A DNA stretch of 64,000 bases from an uncultured Actinomycetes bacterium (GTDB lineage Bacteria > Actinomycetota > Thermoleophilia > Solirubrobacterales > Solirubrobacteraceae): assembly GCA_963810605.1 (NCBI GenBank), contig CAWEOF010000002.1:11503-75502 (forward strand). Direction: 5' to 3'. Made by a program: the position numbers and the translations under genes. Below the pieces are notes generated by a model, which did no database searches, was not told the DNA's origin, and saw only the letters and a program-made list of their open reading frames with translations. Positions 36,165-45,770 of this stretch are shown piece by piece. Positions within the stretch are counted from its first letter, which is position 1; each line of letters starts with the position of its first letter.

Positions 36165-37646
36165 TCAGCGGCGGGTGACCCGCTCGCAGTCGCGCCGCAC
36201 GGTGTCGCGGCGGTCCACGAGCGCGCGGTCGCGCCCCGGGCCGCAGCTGACCGTGTCGCGCACGCGCCGGCCGGCGAGCGAGGTGTCGCGCGCGTCGATG
36301 ACGTCGCTGCCGCTCCCGCCGGAGAAGCTGTCGCGACCGCTGCGGTCCGTCAGCCTGTCGTTGCCCGCGGCGCCGGTCATCCGGTCGTTGCCGCTCTCGC
36401 CTTCGAGGCGATCCGCGCCGGGCCCGCCGAACAGGCGATCGGAGCCGCTGCCGCCGCGCAGCCGGTCGTTGCCCGCTTCGCCGTAGAGGCAGTCGTTGCC
36501 GGCGAGGCCGCGCACGAGGTCGTTGCCGGCCTTGCCGAGGATGACGTCCGCGCGCGCGGTGCCGTTGAGCGCGTCGGCCGCGGGGGTGCCCGAGATCGCG
36601 ACGGTGCGCAGCGTGCAGCCGGTGACGAGCGGCGGTGGTGGCGGCGGGACCGCCGCCGCTGCGATCTCGTAGGCGCGGGCGGCGGGCGTCGCGTCCTCGT
36701 TGGCGGCGCGGTCGATCGCGCGGACCTGAAGCTGGGCGTTGCGCGCGCTCGACCCGGCCGGCAGCGACGGGAAGGTCGCAGGCGAAGCGCAGGGCTGGAA
36801 GCCGGGCTCGTGCAGGTGGCATTCGAAGCGCGAGCCGGCCTCGCTGGACGAGAACTCGAAGCGCACGGTCGTGCCGGCGGGGACGGTGAGCGCCGGGCCT
36901 GAGTCGATCGTCGTCTCCGGCGGGGTCGAGTCCTCGACGTACATGAGCGTGCTCGTCGAGCAGGCCGACGTCTGGCCGGCTCCGTTGGTCACGGTGGCAG
37001 AGAGCGTCGTCGTCGTGTCGTTGAGGACCGACGTCTGGATGCCGGGGGAGGCGAACGCGGCCGACGGGGCGTCCGCCGCGCGCGGCTCGCTGCAGGTCGG
37101 GTTCGTGTACATGTGCACGAACCCGCCGGCCACCGCCGAGCCCTTGACGAAGGGCATGTTGTCGTTGGCCGGCGAGTCGGGATCGGTGTCGGCGAAGACG
37201 GGGGCCGGCGGCGGCGGGGGGACATGCGTGTACGTGACGGCGGTCGTCGAGCACAGCGAGGTTTCGCCGTCCCCGTTCGCGGCCGTCGCGTAGAACGTCG
37301 TGGTCGTGTTGTCGGCGACGTTCACGGTGATGCCGGGCGACGCGAGCACCGCGGCCGTGGCCTGCGCGACGAGCTCGCCGCCGCTGCAGGCGACGTCCGC
37401 GTAGATCCGCACGACGGTCCCGGCAGCCGCCGTGCCCAGGATCTCCGGGGCGTTGTCGGTGGCCGGCGAGGCTGGACTGCTACCGGTGAGCGTCGGCGGC
37501 GCCGGCGCCGCCCGCGACGTCGCCTGGCCGAGAAACGGCGCCCCGAGCGTCATCGACTGCGCGACGGACGGCGCCACGGCGATCCACGCGACGAGTGCCG
37601 CGCCGGCGACGAGCGCCCGGCGTGCCCGATGAGCGGCTGCGATCAC
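36165..37646 (-). CDS. Secreted protein with Ig-like repeats and C-terminal RTX-type calcium-binding repeats
   Basis: Signal peptide ALVAGAALVAWIAVAPSVAQS. The C-terminus has repeated GxGNDxL nonapeptides (GKAGNDLVRGLAGNDCLYGEAGNDRLRGGSGSDRLFGGPGADRLEGESGNDRM). Confidence 0.75.
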   Translation of the reverse strand: MIAAAHRARRALVAGAALVAWIAVAPSVAQSMTLGAPFLGQATSRAAPAPPTLTGSSPASPATDNAPEILGTAAAGTVVRIYADVACSGGELVAQATAAVLASPGITVNVADNTTTTFYATAANGDGETSLCSTTAVTYTHVPPPPPAPVFADTDPDSPANDNMPFVKGSAVAGGFVHMYTNPTCSEPRAADAPSAAFASPGIQTSVLNDTTTTLSATVTNGAGQTSACSTSTLMYVEDSTPPETTIDSGPALTVPAGTTVRFEFSSSEAGSRFECHLHEPGFQPCASPATFPSLPAGSSARNAQLQVRAIDRAANEDATPAARAYEIAAAAVPPPPPPLVTGCTLRTVAISGTPAADALNGTARADVILGKAGNDLVRGLAGNDCLYGEAGNDRLRGGSGSDRLFGGPGADRLEGESGNDRMTGAAGNDRLTDRSGRDSFSGGSGSDVIDARDTSLAGRRVRDTVSCGPGRDRALVDRRDTVRRDCERVTRR

Positions 37647-37655
37647 AGGCTCAGC

Positions 37656-38678
37656 CTACGCCGTGGCGAAGCGGACCACGCCACCATCGCGCTGCTCGAC
37701 CACACGCCCCGCAGCGACGAGCAGATCGGCGTGGCCGAGCACCTCCGACAGGGTGAGATACGCCTGCGTCACCGCGACCGTACCCCACAGCGCCTGCGCG
37801 ATCTCGAACGCCGTGCGCGGTCGTTCGGCGAACAGGCGGGCGATCTTCTCGGCGCGCCGATCGTGCATGCGGAAGCGCTCGTCGATGAGCGCGACGTGGT
37901 CGAGCACAGGCTCGCCGTGGCCGGGCAGGATGATCTCGACGTCGTCCATCGCGCGGGTCGCGCGGAGCGAGCCGAGGTAGGTGACAAGGGCGTGCGGGCG
38001 GGCGGGCGGCGGGTCGGCGTCCAGCGGTGCGTCGAGCGGTCGCGAGATGAGCGGGTTGGAGGAGATGTGCTTGATGAGGTGGTCGGCACCGAGCACGATC
38101 TTGCGCTGTGCGTCGTGGAAGATCGTGTCCGAGGGCGAGTGGCCCGGACGGTGCAAGACGCGCAGCGTGCGGTCGCGCAGGACGAGGTCCGATCCGGCGG
38201 CGAGCGGGCGCGTGACGGTCGCCGACGCGCCCCAGTTGCGGTAGCTCTGCGACACGGCGAGCAGCGCCAGGCGGATGTCCTCGGGGATCCCGTGCTCGGT
38301 CATGACGCTGTTCGCGAACGCGTCGTCGGCTTCCATGCCTTCGCCGTAGCGCGCGGCCCACGGCCCCAGCAGGTCGAGCGCCGCGACCTCGGCGCCCGAT
38401 CGGCGCGCGAGGATCGAGACCAGCCCGAGGTGGTCCATGTGCTGGTGGGAGATGACGATGAGCTCGAGGTCCTCGATGCGGTGGCCGCGCTCCGCGAGCG
38501 CGACCTCGAGCGCGTCGAGCGCCGTGCCCGAGTTCGGGCCGCTGTCGAGCAGCGTCAGCGGGTCGTCCTCGATGAGGTAGGTGTTGACCTTGCCGACCTG
38601 AAACGGCGTGGGGATCGCCAGGCAGTGGATGCCGGCGTCGGCGGCCCGCGCGAGCGACGCGTCGCCGGGCGCCGTCAC
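37656..38678 (-). CDS. MBL-fold metallo-hydrolase
   Basis: VISHQHMDHLG (HxHxDH). GTG 38678 overlaps the phosphomannomutase stop (GTGA). Confidence 0.8.
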   Translation of the reverse strand: MTAPGDASLARAADAGIHCLAIPTPFQVGKVNTYLIEDDPLTLLDSGPNSGTALDALEVALAERGHRIEDLELIVISHQHMDHLGLVSILARRSGAEVAALDLLGPWAARYGEGMEADDAFANSVMTEHGIPEDIRLALLAVSQSYRNWGASATVTRPLAAGSDLVLRDRTLRVLHRPGHSPSDTIFHDAQRKIVLGADHLIKHISSNPLISRPLDAPLDADPPPARPHALVTYLGSLRATRAMDDVEIILPGHGEPVLDHVALIDERFRMHDRRAEKIARLFAERPRTAFEIAQALWGTVAVTQAYLTLSEVLGHADLLVAAGRVVEQRDGGVVRFATA

Positions 38679-40048
38679 GAGCGGATGATCCCCAGGATCT
38701 CGTCGCGCTTGCGCTCCATGTGCTCCTGCGACACGAGCGACTCCAAACACAGCCGCAGCAGCGGCTCGGTGTTCGACGAGCGCACGTTGAAGTGCCAGTC
38801 GTCGTAGTCGACGGAGACCCCGTCGAGGTGCCCGATCTGCGCGTCGGCGTACGTGGCCTCGATCTCGGCGATCCTCGCGGGGGCGTCGTCGACCGTCGAG
38901 TTCACCTCGCCGGAGATGAAGTACGTCGAGCGGTAACCGGCGAGCAGATCGGACAGCTTGCGCCCCTCGACGCTCAGCAGCTCGAGGATGAGCAGCGCCG
39001 GGACGGTGCCGCTGTCGGCGCAGTAGAAGTCGCGGAAGTAGTAGTGGCCGGAGACCTCGCCGCCGAACATCGCGCCCTCGTCGCGCATGCGCGTCTTGAA
39101 GTAGGCGTGGCCGACGCGGTTCGGGTGCGGCGTGCCGCCAGCGGCGATCACCGTGTCGGCGACGGCGCGGCTCGCGCGGACGTCATAGAGGATCGACTCG
39201 CCGGGCGACTTGCGCAGCAGCGACTCTGCCAGCAGCGCCGTGAGGAAGTCGCCGTCGACGAACGCGCCCTGGTCGTCGATGAAGAAGCAGCGGTCGGCGT
39301 CTCCGTCCCAGGCGATCCCGAGGTCGGCACCCTCCTCGACGACCTTGCGCATGATGAACTCGCGATTCTCAGGCAGCAGCGGGTTGGGCTCGTGGTCGGG
39401 GAACTCGCCGTTCGGCGTCCAGTAGGCCGTGACGAGGTCCAAGCCAAGCTGTTCGAGCAGCGGGCCGACCATCGGCCCGGCCATCCCGTTGCCGCCGTCG
39501 ACGACGACGCGCAGCGGCTTGACGTTCGCGGGGTCGATGAACGTCAGGGCGGCGGCCTGGAACTCCGCGTAGATCTCGACGTCCTCGACGCTGCCCCCGC
39601 CGGGCGGATCGGCGAGCCCGTCCTCGATGCGGCGGCGGACGTCCTGGATCCCGGCGTCGCCGGAGAGCGCGATCGCGCCCTGCTTGACGAGCTTGGCGCC
39701 GGTGTAGGCCTTCGGGTTGTGCGAGGCGGTGCACATGAGCCCGCCGTCCAGGTCGCGCGACCCGACGAGGTAATAGAGCATCTCGCTGCCGACCTGCCCC
39801 GCGTCGACGACGGTCGCGCCCTCGGCGAGCATCCCGGCGCGGTAGCGCGCGGCGAGCTCGGGCGCGGTCAGGCGCATGTCGCGGCCGAGGCCGATGCGCA
39901 GCTCGGCGGCGGGCTTGCCGGCGAGGTCTGAGAGGACGAGCGCGAAGCCGCGGCCGACGGCCTCGGCGACGTCGCCGTCGATGTCGTCGCCATACAGCCC
40001 GCGGATGTCGTAGGCCTTGAAGATCTCGGGAGGTGCGGTGGTAGCCAT
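38675..40048 (-). CDS. Phosphomannomutase / phosphoglucomutase
   Basis: IFKAYDIRG, active-site CTASHNP, Mg loop GIAWDGDADR and GGEVSGH. ATG 40048, alternative TTG 40081. Confidence 0.9.
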   Translation of the reverse strand: MATTAPPEIFKAYDIRGLYGDDIDGDVAEAVGRGFALVLSDLAGKPAAELRIGLGRDMRLTAPELAARYRAGMLAEGATVVDAGQVGSEMLYYLVGSRDLDGGLMCTASHNPKAYTGAKLVKQGAIALSGDAGIQDVRRRIEDGLADPPGGGSVEDVEIYAEFQAAALTFIDPANVKPLRVVVDGGNGMAGPMVGPLLEQLGLDLVTAYWTPNGEFPDHEPNPLLPENREFIMRKVVEEGADLGIAWDGDADRCFFIDDQGAFVDGDFLTALLAESLLRKSPGESILYDVRASRAVADTVIAAGGTPHPNRVGHAYFKTRMRDEGAMFGGEVSGHYYFRDFYCADSGTVPALLILELLSVEGRKLSDLLAGYRSTYFISGEVNSTVDDAPARIAEIEATYADAQIGHLDGVSVDYDDWHFNVRSSNTEPLLRLCLESLVSQEHMERKRDEILGIIRS

Positions 40049-40426
40049 GAGGTCGCGGATCGTAGTAGCCCACTCGGCCAAGCGGCGGCGCTCGCGCTAC
40101 AGATTCGCGGCGTACTGCCGACTACCTGGTTGGCGACCGACTGGTCGCAGCGGATGACAAAGGAGCGGTGAGCATGGCGCGGGCACGCGCGGTCGCGATG
40201 GCGGTCGGGACGCTCGCCGTCGCGCTCGGGGCGCCGGCGGCGACGTCGGCGTGCCGGACGAGCCTGCGGCGACGCAGTGCGGCACGGTGTCGTCGGCGGC
40301 GGCTCCGCTTGCGGCGGGGGCCGCGCAGCGCACCGATGCCTGCGCGACCACCGGGCTCGTCCGCTTCGGCGAACGACATCAGCCACCCGCAGGCTTCGGT
40401 CCTCTGGCGCACCCTTGCCCTCGGCG

Positions 40427-41389
40427 ATGTGTTTGGGCTGCGCAGTGTCTCTCCGTGATCGCATCGTGCTGGTCGGGGTCGGGGTCGGGGTCGGCGTCGC
40501 GCTCGCCGGCGCTTCGCTGGCCGGCGGACAGGAGCCGTCGGACCCGTCGTTCTCGATGTCCGTGTCGCCTCGCACCGTGCGCGCGCCGGCGACGACCGAG
40601 CTCGTCTACCGCCTGCGCATGCGGACGGGATCGGAGGCCGAGCGCTTCAGCATCGACGTCGTGCCGCCGCTGTTTCGCACGCGCCTGGGGAGCGCTGGCA
40701 ACGTCCATCGCGAGGGCGCGACCATCACGCCGGTCGACAAGGTCGAGCTCGACGGTCCCGGCACGCTGAGGTCGACCGGCGAGGGCATGGCGCTCGCCGG
40801 CTGCTCGCCGAGCAGCGGGCTCGCGGCGCACGGCTACGAGTCGCGCTACCCCCGGTTCGTCGTCGAGCTGCCGGCGCGCAGCGAGTCGACGCTCGTCGCG
40901 CGCTATCGGACGGGCCAGCTCGCGCTGTGGCCCGGCGCCGACCTGCGCCTGACGATGCGCGCCGGCCGCGGGACCACCGGCTTCGGCGCGGCCACGCTCG
41001 ACCGCGCGGTCGAGGTGCGCTCCCCGAGGGTGAGGCTCGCCGGCCGCACCGCGCCGCGCATCGAGCTGTGGACGAGCCCGGCGAGCTCGCCGGGCGTCTT
41101 CACGAAGCTGCGCCGGCTGAAAGCCGGCAGCCGGCTGTCGATCGTCGGCCGCGTGACCCCGGCGCGCGCCGGCCGCCGGGTGTCGCTGTGGACGATCCGC
41201 CACGGCAAGGGCGAGGAGCCGAGCCGCCTGGCGACCGTCTCCACCGACGCTCGCGGCCGCCTGCGCTTCCGCACGCGCACCCCGGCGCGGGCGGGGAGCT
41301 ACGAGCTGTGGGCACGAACGGCCAGCCGTCCCGGCCGCCGGCCCGAGCACAGCTGCTCGATGGCGTTCGAGGTCCCGTCCGCGGGCTGA
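40427..41389 (+). CDS. Secreted hypothetical protein
   Basis: N-terminal hydrophobic segment IVLVGVGVGVGVALAGASLAG. Beta-rich sequence with good codon bias. No family recognised. Confidence 0.5.
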   Translation: MCLGCAVSLRDRIVLVGVGVGVGVALAGASLAGGQEPSDPSFSMSVSPRTVRAPATTELVYRLRMRTGSEAERFSIDVVPPLFRTRLGSAGNVHREGATITPVDKVELDGPGTLRSTGEGMALAGCSPSSGLAAHGYESRYPRFVVELPARSESTLVARYRTGQLALWPGADLRLTMRAGRGTTGFGAATLDRAVEVRSPRVRLAGRTAPRIELWTSPASSPGVFTKLRRLKAGSRLSIVGRVTPARAGRRVSLWTIRHGKGEEPSRLATVSTDARGRLRFRTRTPARAGSYELWARTASRPGRRPEHSCSMAFEVPSAG

Positions 41390-41400
41390 GCGACCAGCGG

Positions 41401-41460
41401 CGGAGGGGGGTGTACCGGGAAAGCAAGCGCTATCGATGCTTTCCCGGTACACCCCCTCCG
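41401..41460 (+). terminator. Long GC hairpin (about 22 bp stem, 13-nt loop) downstream of 40427..41389
   Basis: CGGAGGGGGGTGTACCGGGAAAGC-aagcgctatcgat-GCTTTCCCGGTACACCCCCTCCG with one bulged G. It starts 12 nt after the stop codon. There is no U-tract. Confidence 0.5.
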
Positions 41461-41538
41461 CACCGACGGCTGCTCGGGTTGGGTGCCCATCTACAATCGC
41501 GCGGTATGCATGCCATCCCCACGCCGAGCGAGCGCTAG

Positions 41539-42294
41539 ATGTCGGGCCATTCGAAGTGGGCGTCGATCAAGCACAAGAAGGCGATCGTCGACTCGCGGCG
41601 GGGCAAGCTGTTTACGAAGCTCGCACGGGCGATCACGACCGCGGCGCGTGACGGAGGGGGTGAGCTCGAGGGCAACCCGTCGCTGCAGCTCGCCGTCCAG
41701 AAGGCCAAGGACGCGTCGATGCCCAAGGACAACATCGAGCGGGCGATCGCGAAGGGGACGGGCGCGGGCGCCGACGCCGCCGCGATCGAGGACGTCATGT
41801 ACGAGGCGTACGCGCCCGGCGGCGTGGCGATGCTCATCGAGGCGATGACCGAGAACCGCAACCGCACCGGGGCGGACGTGCGCCACCTGCTCGGCAAGCA
41901 CGGCGCCGTCCTCGGCGAGCCCGGCTCCGTCGCCTACCTCTTCGACAAGCGCGGCCTCATCGTCGTCGACGGCGAGCAGTACTCCGAGGACGACCTCATG
42001 CCCGCGATCGAAGCCGGCGCCGAGGACATCGCCGAGGATGACGGCGTCTTCGAGATCCTCACCGAACCCGCGCAGCTCACCGACGTGCGGGCGGCCCTGA
42101 CGGACGCCGGCATCGAGATCCAGTCCGCCGAGCTCGCGTGGCTGCCGAAGGCGCGCGTGCCGGTCGAGGAGGACGACGCCGCGAAGCTCATGCGCCTCAT
42201 CGACGCACTCGAGGACAACGACGACGTCGACGCGGTACACGCGAACTTCGACATCGACGACGACGTCCTGGAACGCGCCGCGGCGGGGCTGTAG
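41539..42294 (+). CDS. yebC: YebC/PmpR-family DNA-binding regulator
   Basis: MSGHSKWASIKHKKA...RGKLFTKL... is the hallmark N-terminus. Confidence 0.95.
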   Translation: MSGHSKWASIKHKKAIVDSRRGKLFTKLARAITTAARDGGGELEGNPSLQLAVQKAKDASMPKDNIERAIAKGTGAGADAAAIEDVMYEAYAPGGVAMLIEAMTENRNRTGADVRHLLGKHGAVLGEPGSVAYLFDKRGLIVVDGEQYSEDDLMPAIEAGAEDIAEDDGVFEILTEPAQLTDVRAALTDAGIEIQSAELAWLPKARVPVEEDDAAKLMRLIDALEDNDDVDAVHANFDIDDDVLERAAAGL

Positions 42295-42397
42295 CGCAGC
42301 AGCCGCGGGTCGGCTCGCGACCAGCCCGCGGGTGAGCAGGCTCACAGTCCCGGCGGCCGCAACGGACGAGGATCGGTAGCGATCACGTCCCTCTCCG

Positions 42398-45300
42398 TTG
42401 GGAGTCCCCGTGCCTGCTCGGTCCGTCGTCGCCGTCGCGCTCGCGCTGCTCGCTGCGCTGATGCTCCCGTCCGCCGCCAGCGCGGACACGATCACGATCG
42501 ACTTCGAGACCGGCCCGCCGGTCGGCACGGCGATCGACGACGACTACCTCCTCAGCTCGTTCACGCGCTTCCAGCTCGCCGACTTCGGCTTCAGGCCGTA
42601 CCGCAAGACGGTCGCGGCGGGCCTCGCGCACTCCGGCACGACGGTCGCGAACATCGGTCCCGACCTCTGCGGCCCGGGCGAGGGATCCCAGGGCTCTGAC
42701 TGCGAGTTCGTGTTCGGCGGCACGACCGCGCGCTTCAGCCGCACCGCATCGAGCGTCACGCTCTTCGTCGGGCGCTTCACCGCCGACGGCAATCCCGAGA
42801 AGGCGCAGCTGAAGGCCTACAACGCCGGCGGTACGCCGATCGCGACGAGCGCGCTCACGACCGTCCCGCTCGCGCCGGGCTTCCAGACGCCGGTGACCGT
42901 CACGAGCGCGGGCAACGACATCGCGCGCGTCGAGCTGCGGTTCACCGAGACGACCGGGGTGCTCGTCGGCTTCGACGACCTCACGATCGACTTCCCCGCC
43001 GGGACGCTGCCCGACGTGTCGCTGTCGGGCCCCGTCAACCCGACGACGATCCTGCAGGGCACGACGACCGACGTCCCGCTCTCGGTCACGCGCATCAACG
43101 GCTCCAACGGGCCGCTCGCGCTCTCGGCCACCAACCTGCCGGCCGGCGTGACCGCCACGTTCACGCCCAACCCGGTGCCCGGGATCCAGCAGGCGGCGGT
43201 CATGCACCTGACCGCCACCGACGCCGCGCCGCAGTTCTTCGTCCCGCAGGACGTCACGGTCACGGCGCAGGCCAATCCGCCCGACGCGCAGGTCGTGCCG
43301 GGTCCGCGAACGCTCACCGTCCCCGTCACCGTTCGAACCCAGTTCGAGCTCTCGCAGGCCAGCCCCGGACCGGTCCAGATCCCGCACTGCGCGCCCGCGG
43401 ACGCCGGCCTGCGCGTCCAGCGCGACTTCGCGTTCGCGACGCAAGGCAAGACCGTGAACCTCGCCGTCGGCGCGCTGCCGGCGGGCGTCACGGCGGAGTT
43501 CCTCCCGAGCGCGACGATCTCGCCCAGCGGCGGCCTCGTCGCCGAGCCGACGCTCAGGTTCCGCCGCACGACGCAGAACATCCCGGCCGGCTTCGCCACG
43601 ACGGTGACCGCGACCGCCCAGAACGCGCCGGCGCGCACGATCTCCCTCACGCTCGCCAGCGCGACGCCGACCGCGAGCCTCGACGCCACCACGCTCTCGG
43701 GCGCCGTCCCGTCGCGCCTGCAGCCCGGCACGACGATTCGCCTCGCGGGCAACGGATTCTGCCCGGGCACGAAGGTCCGCATCGGCAACGACCTCGCCGA
43801 GGTCGACCCGGCGATCGAGCCGTCGGCGACGGCGCTGACGTTCACCCTGCCGCGCCTCGCGACGACCGGCAGCGTCCGGGTCGTCCCGCCCGGCGGCGCG
43901 ACGATCTACGCGTCCGCGAACACGATCACGGTGCGCAGCACCCGCAACGTGAACGGCTTTCAGTTCAACAACCCCGGCTGGGGGAACCTCTCGTTCGGCG
44001 AGATCACGGACCTCGTCGGCACCGAGGAGATGTTCCTCTCGACCAACCCGTGCTGGCCGTTCTACGACTGCACGATCGCGCTGCCGATCCCCGATCCGAT
44101 CGCCTACGTGAAGTGGCAGATCATCGAGCAGGTCGTCCAGGAGTCCGGCGGGCACTGCTTCGGCATCAGCCGCTTCCTGCAGGAGATCGGCGCGCGCCGC
44201 ATCACGAACTCCCAGTTCGCCGCCGGCGTGACGACGACGTTCGGACTGCCGTCGCGCTCAGGCCCGAACACGGCGCTGTCGCACTACCTCGACCACCGCC
44301 ACGCGGGTCAGACGACGAAGGAGTTCCTCCTGCACTACGGGCTGCGAAGCGACTCGATCTCGACGCAGCTGGCCCGGCTGCGCAGCGAGTTGACGGCCGG
44401 GCGCCTCGCGAGCCTCATGGTCAAGAACGGCTTCACCGAGGGCCACGTCATCACCGCGCACGACATGGAGACGCTGCCCGACGGCTCGACGGTCATCCAC
44501 ACCTACGACAACGAGCGCGAGTTCATCCCCGAGGAGGAGACCGACACAAGCGGCGCCACGCACCGCGATCGCGAGGCGGGCAGCCAGGTCATCGTCAACG
44601 CGGCGAAGAACCGCTGGGACTACAGCGGCTGGCACGGCGGCAACGACGGCTCCCTCTACATCAGCACGCTGTCGGATTGGCCGGCGGGCACGGCACCGAC
44701 GCTGCCGGGCGTCGTCGACGCCGTCATCGGGATCTTCGGCTCCAGCGGCGGCGCCGCCGTCACGGGGCCCGAGCCCAAGGGCGCGGAGATCCTGCCGGTG
44801 CTCGACCGGGGCGCGATCCCCGGCGCGGCGGGCTTCGTCATCGGCGAGCCGAAGACGGAGCGCGTCAGCCACGTCATGGAGGGCGTCAAGGACGGCTCCT
44901 ATGACCAGATGATCATGGGCGGCGGCTTCGTCGGCGCGGTCAACGACGTCAAGACGGCGAAGGGCGTGACCGACCGGCTCACCGGCAATCCCGGCGACGA
45001 CACGATCACGTTCGAGGGCGAGCGCACGCGCGCGCTGCAGCTCGAGGTCGGCTCGCAGAAGAAGTCGGCGAGCCGCGTCGCGACGATCGACACGCGGACG
45101 TTCGCCGGCGGCGGCGAGACGGTCTCGATGCCCGGCGGCTCCTCGCTTCGCTACGAGCACGACGGCGCGCCGACGCGCTTCTCCTTCGAGCTTCAGAGCG
45201 TCGAGCGCGGCGCGAGCGCGGCGCACTTTCGGTCGGGCTCCATCGCGATCGGCAGGGGCGACCGGATCGTCGCCAAGCCGGCCGACTGGCGGCGCCTGGA

Positions 45301-45697
45301 CAGCGTCCGCGTGTCGCTGCGGCGCGCGAACGGCAAGGTCACGACGCGCCGCATCCGCAACCGCGCATCCAGCCCCGTGAAGATCACCGTGTCCAAGCCG
45401 ACCCTGCGCAAGTCCGGCGGGCGCACCGAGGCGAGGGTCACGACGCGCCTGCGCAAGGTCGTCGCCGACAGCATTCTCGGCGTGACGCTGCGCCTGCGGC
45501 GAAACGGCCGCACCGTCGCGCGCAAGGGCTTCGCGGTCAAGCAGCCGGCCAGCGCGTCGCGCACGTTCGCCTTCCGGCTGCCCAAGGGCCTGCGGCGCGG
45601 GACCTACCGGCTGCAGGCCGACGTCATGGTGGCCTCGACGGGCGCGAAGCCGACGACGAAGCGCGTAGCGCGGCGGGCGACCGTGCGGGTTCGCTGA
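42398..45697 (+). CDS. Large secreted multidomain protein (Ig/IPT-like repeats, central Cys-His-Asp-type domain, basic tail)
   Basis: Signal peptide VVAVALALLAALMLPSAASA. IPT/TIG-like segment LQPGTTIRLAGNGFCPGTKVRIGN. Central GGHCFGIS ... EGHVITAHD ... IHTYDNE. The start may be GTG 42410. Confidence 0.6.
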   Translation: MGVPVPARSVVAVALALLAALMLPSAASADTITIDFETGPPVGTAIDDDYLLSSFTRFQLADFGFRPYRKTVAAGLAHSGTTVANIGPDLCGPGEGSQGSDCEFVFGGTTARFSRTASSVTLFVGRFTADGNPEKAQLKAYNAGGTPIATSALTTVPLAPGFQTPVTVTSAGNDIARVELRFTETTGVLVGFDDLTIDFPAGTLPDVSLSGPVNPTTILQGTTTDVPLSVTRINGSNGPLALSATNLPAGVTATFTPNPVPGIQQAAVMHLTATDAAPQFFVPQDVTVTAQANPPDAQVVPGPRTLTVPVTVRTQFELSQASPGPVQIPHCAPADAGLRVQRDFAFATQGKTVNLAVGALPAGVTAEFLPSATISPSGGLVAEPTLRFRRTTQNIPAGFATTVTATAQNAPARTISLTLASATPTASLDATTLSGAVPSRLQPGTTIRLAGNGFCPGTKVRIGNDLAEVDPAIEPSATALTFTLPRLATTGSVRVVPPGGATIYASANTITVRSTRNVNGFQFNNPGWGNLSFGEITDLVGTEEMFLSTNPCWPFYDCTIALPIPDPIAYVKWQIIEQVVQESGGHCFGISRFLQEIGARRITNSQFAAGVTTTFGLPSRSGPNTALSHYLDHRHAGQTTKEFLLHYGLRSDSISTQLARLRSELTAGRLASLMVKNGFTEGHVITAHDMETLPDGSTVIHTYDNEREFIPEEETDTSGATHRDREAGSQVIVNAAKNRWDYSGWHGGNDGSLYISTLSDWPAGTAPTLPGVVDAVIGIFGSSGGAAVTGPEPKGAEILPVLDRGAIPGAAGFVIGEPKTERVSHVMEGVKDGSYDQMIMGGGFVGAVNDVKTAKGVTDRLTGNPGDDTITFEGERTRALQLEVGSQKKSASRVATIDTRTFAGGGETVSMPGGSSLRYEHDGAPTRFSFELQSVERGASAAHFRSGSIAIGRGDRIVAKPADWRRLDSVRVSLRRANGKVTTRRIRNRASSPVKITVSKPTLRKSGGRTEARVTTRLRKVVADSILGVTLRLRRNGRTVARKGFAVKQPASASRTFAFRLPKGLRRGTYRLQADVMVASTGAKPTTKRVARRATVRVR

Positions 45698-45709
45698 GGC
45701 CACCCTTGA

Positions 45710-45748
45710 ATGTCGAGTAGTGAGCGGATAGCGCTCACTACTCGACAT
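45710..45748. terminator. Perfect 17-bp hairpin between convergent genes
   Basis: ATGTCGAGTAGTGAGCG-gatag-CGCTCACTACTCGACAT. It is relatively A/T-rich for this DNA and lies 13 nt after the stop of the large secreted protein gene. Confidence 0.55.
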
Positions 45749-45770
45749 CCTGCCCGGCGCGGCAGCTCCG

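Noticed and set aside
40168-40458. ORF with a good AAGGAG Shine-Dalgarno and a signal-peptide-like start (MARARAVAMAVGTLAVALGAPAATSA) in the 345-bp gap upstream of 40427..41389.
   Set aside because: After the signal-like segment the frame turns into Arg-rich junk. A more protein-like continuation (VPDEPAATQCGTVSS...) exists only in another frame and decays after about 40 codons. It may be a frameshifted relic or a leader, but I cannot support a gene call.
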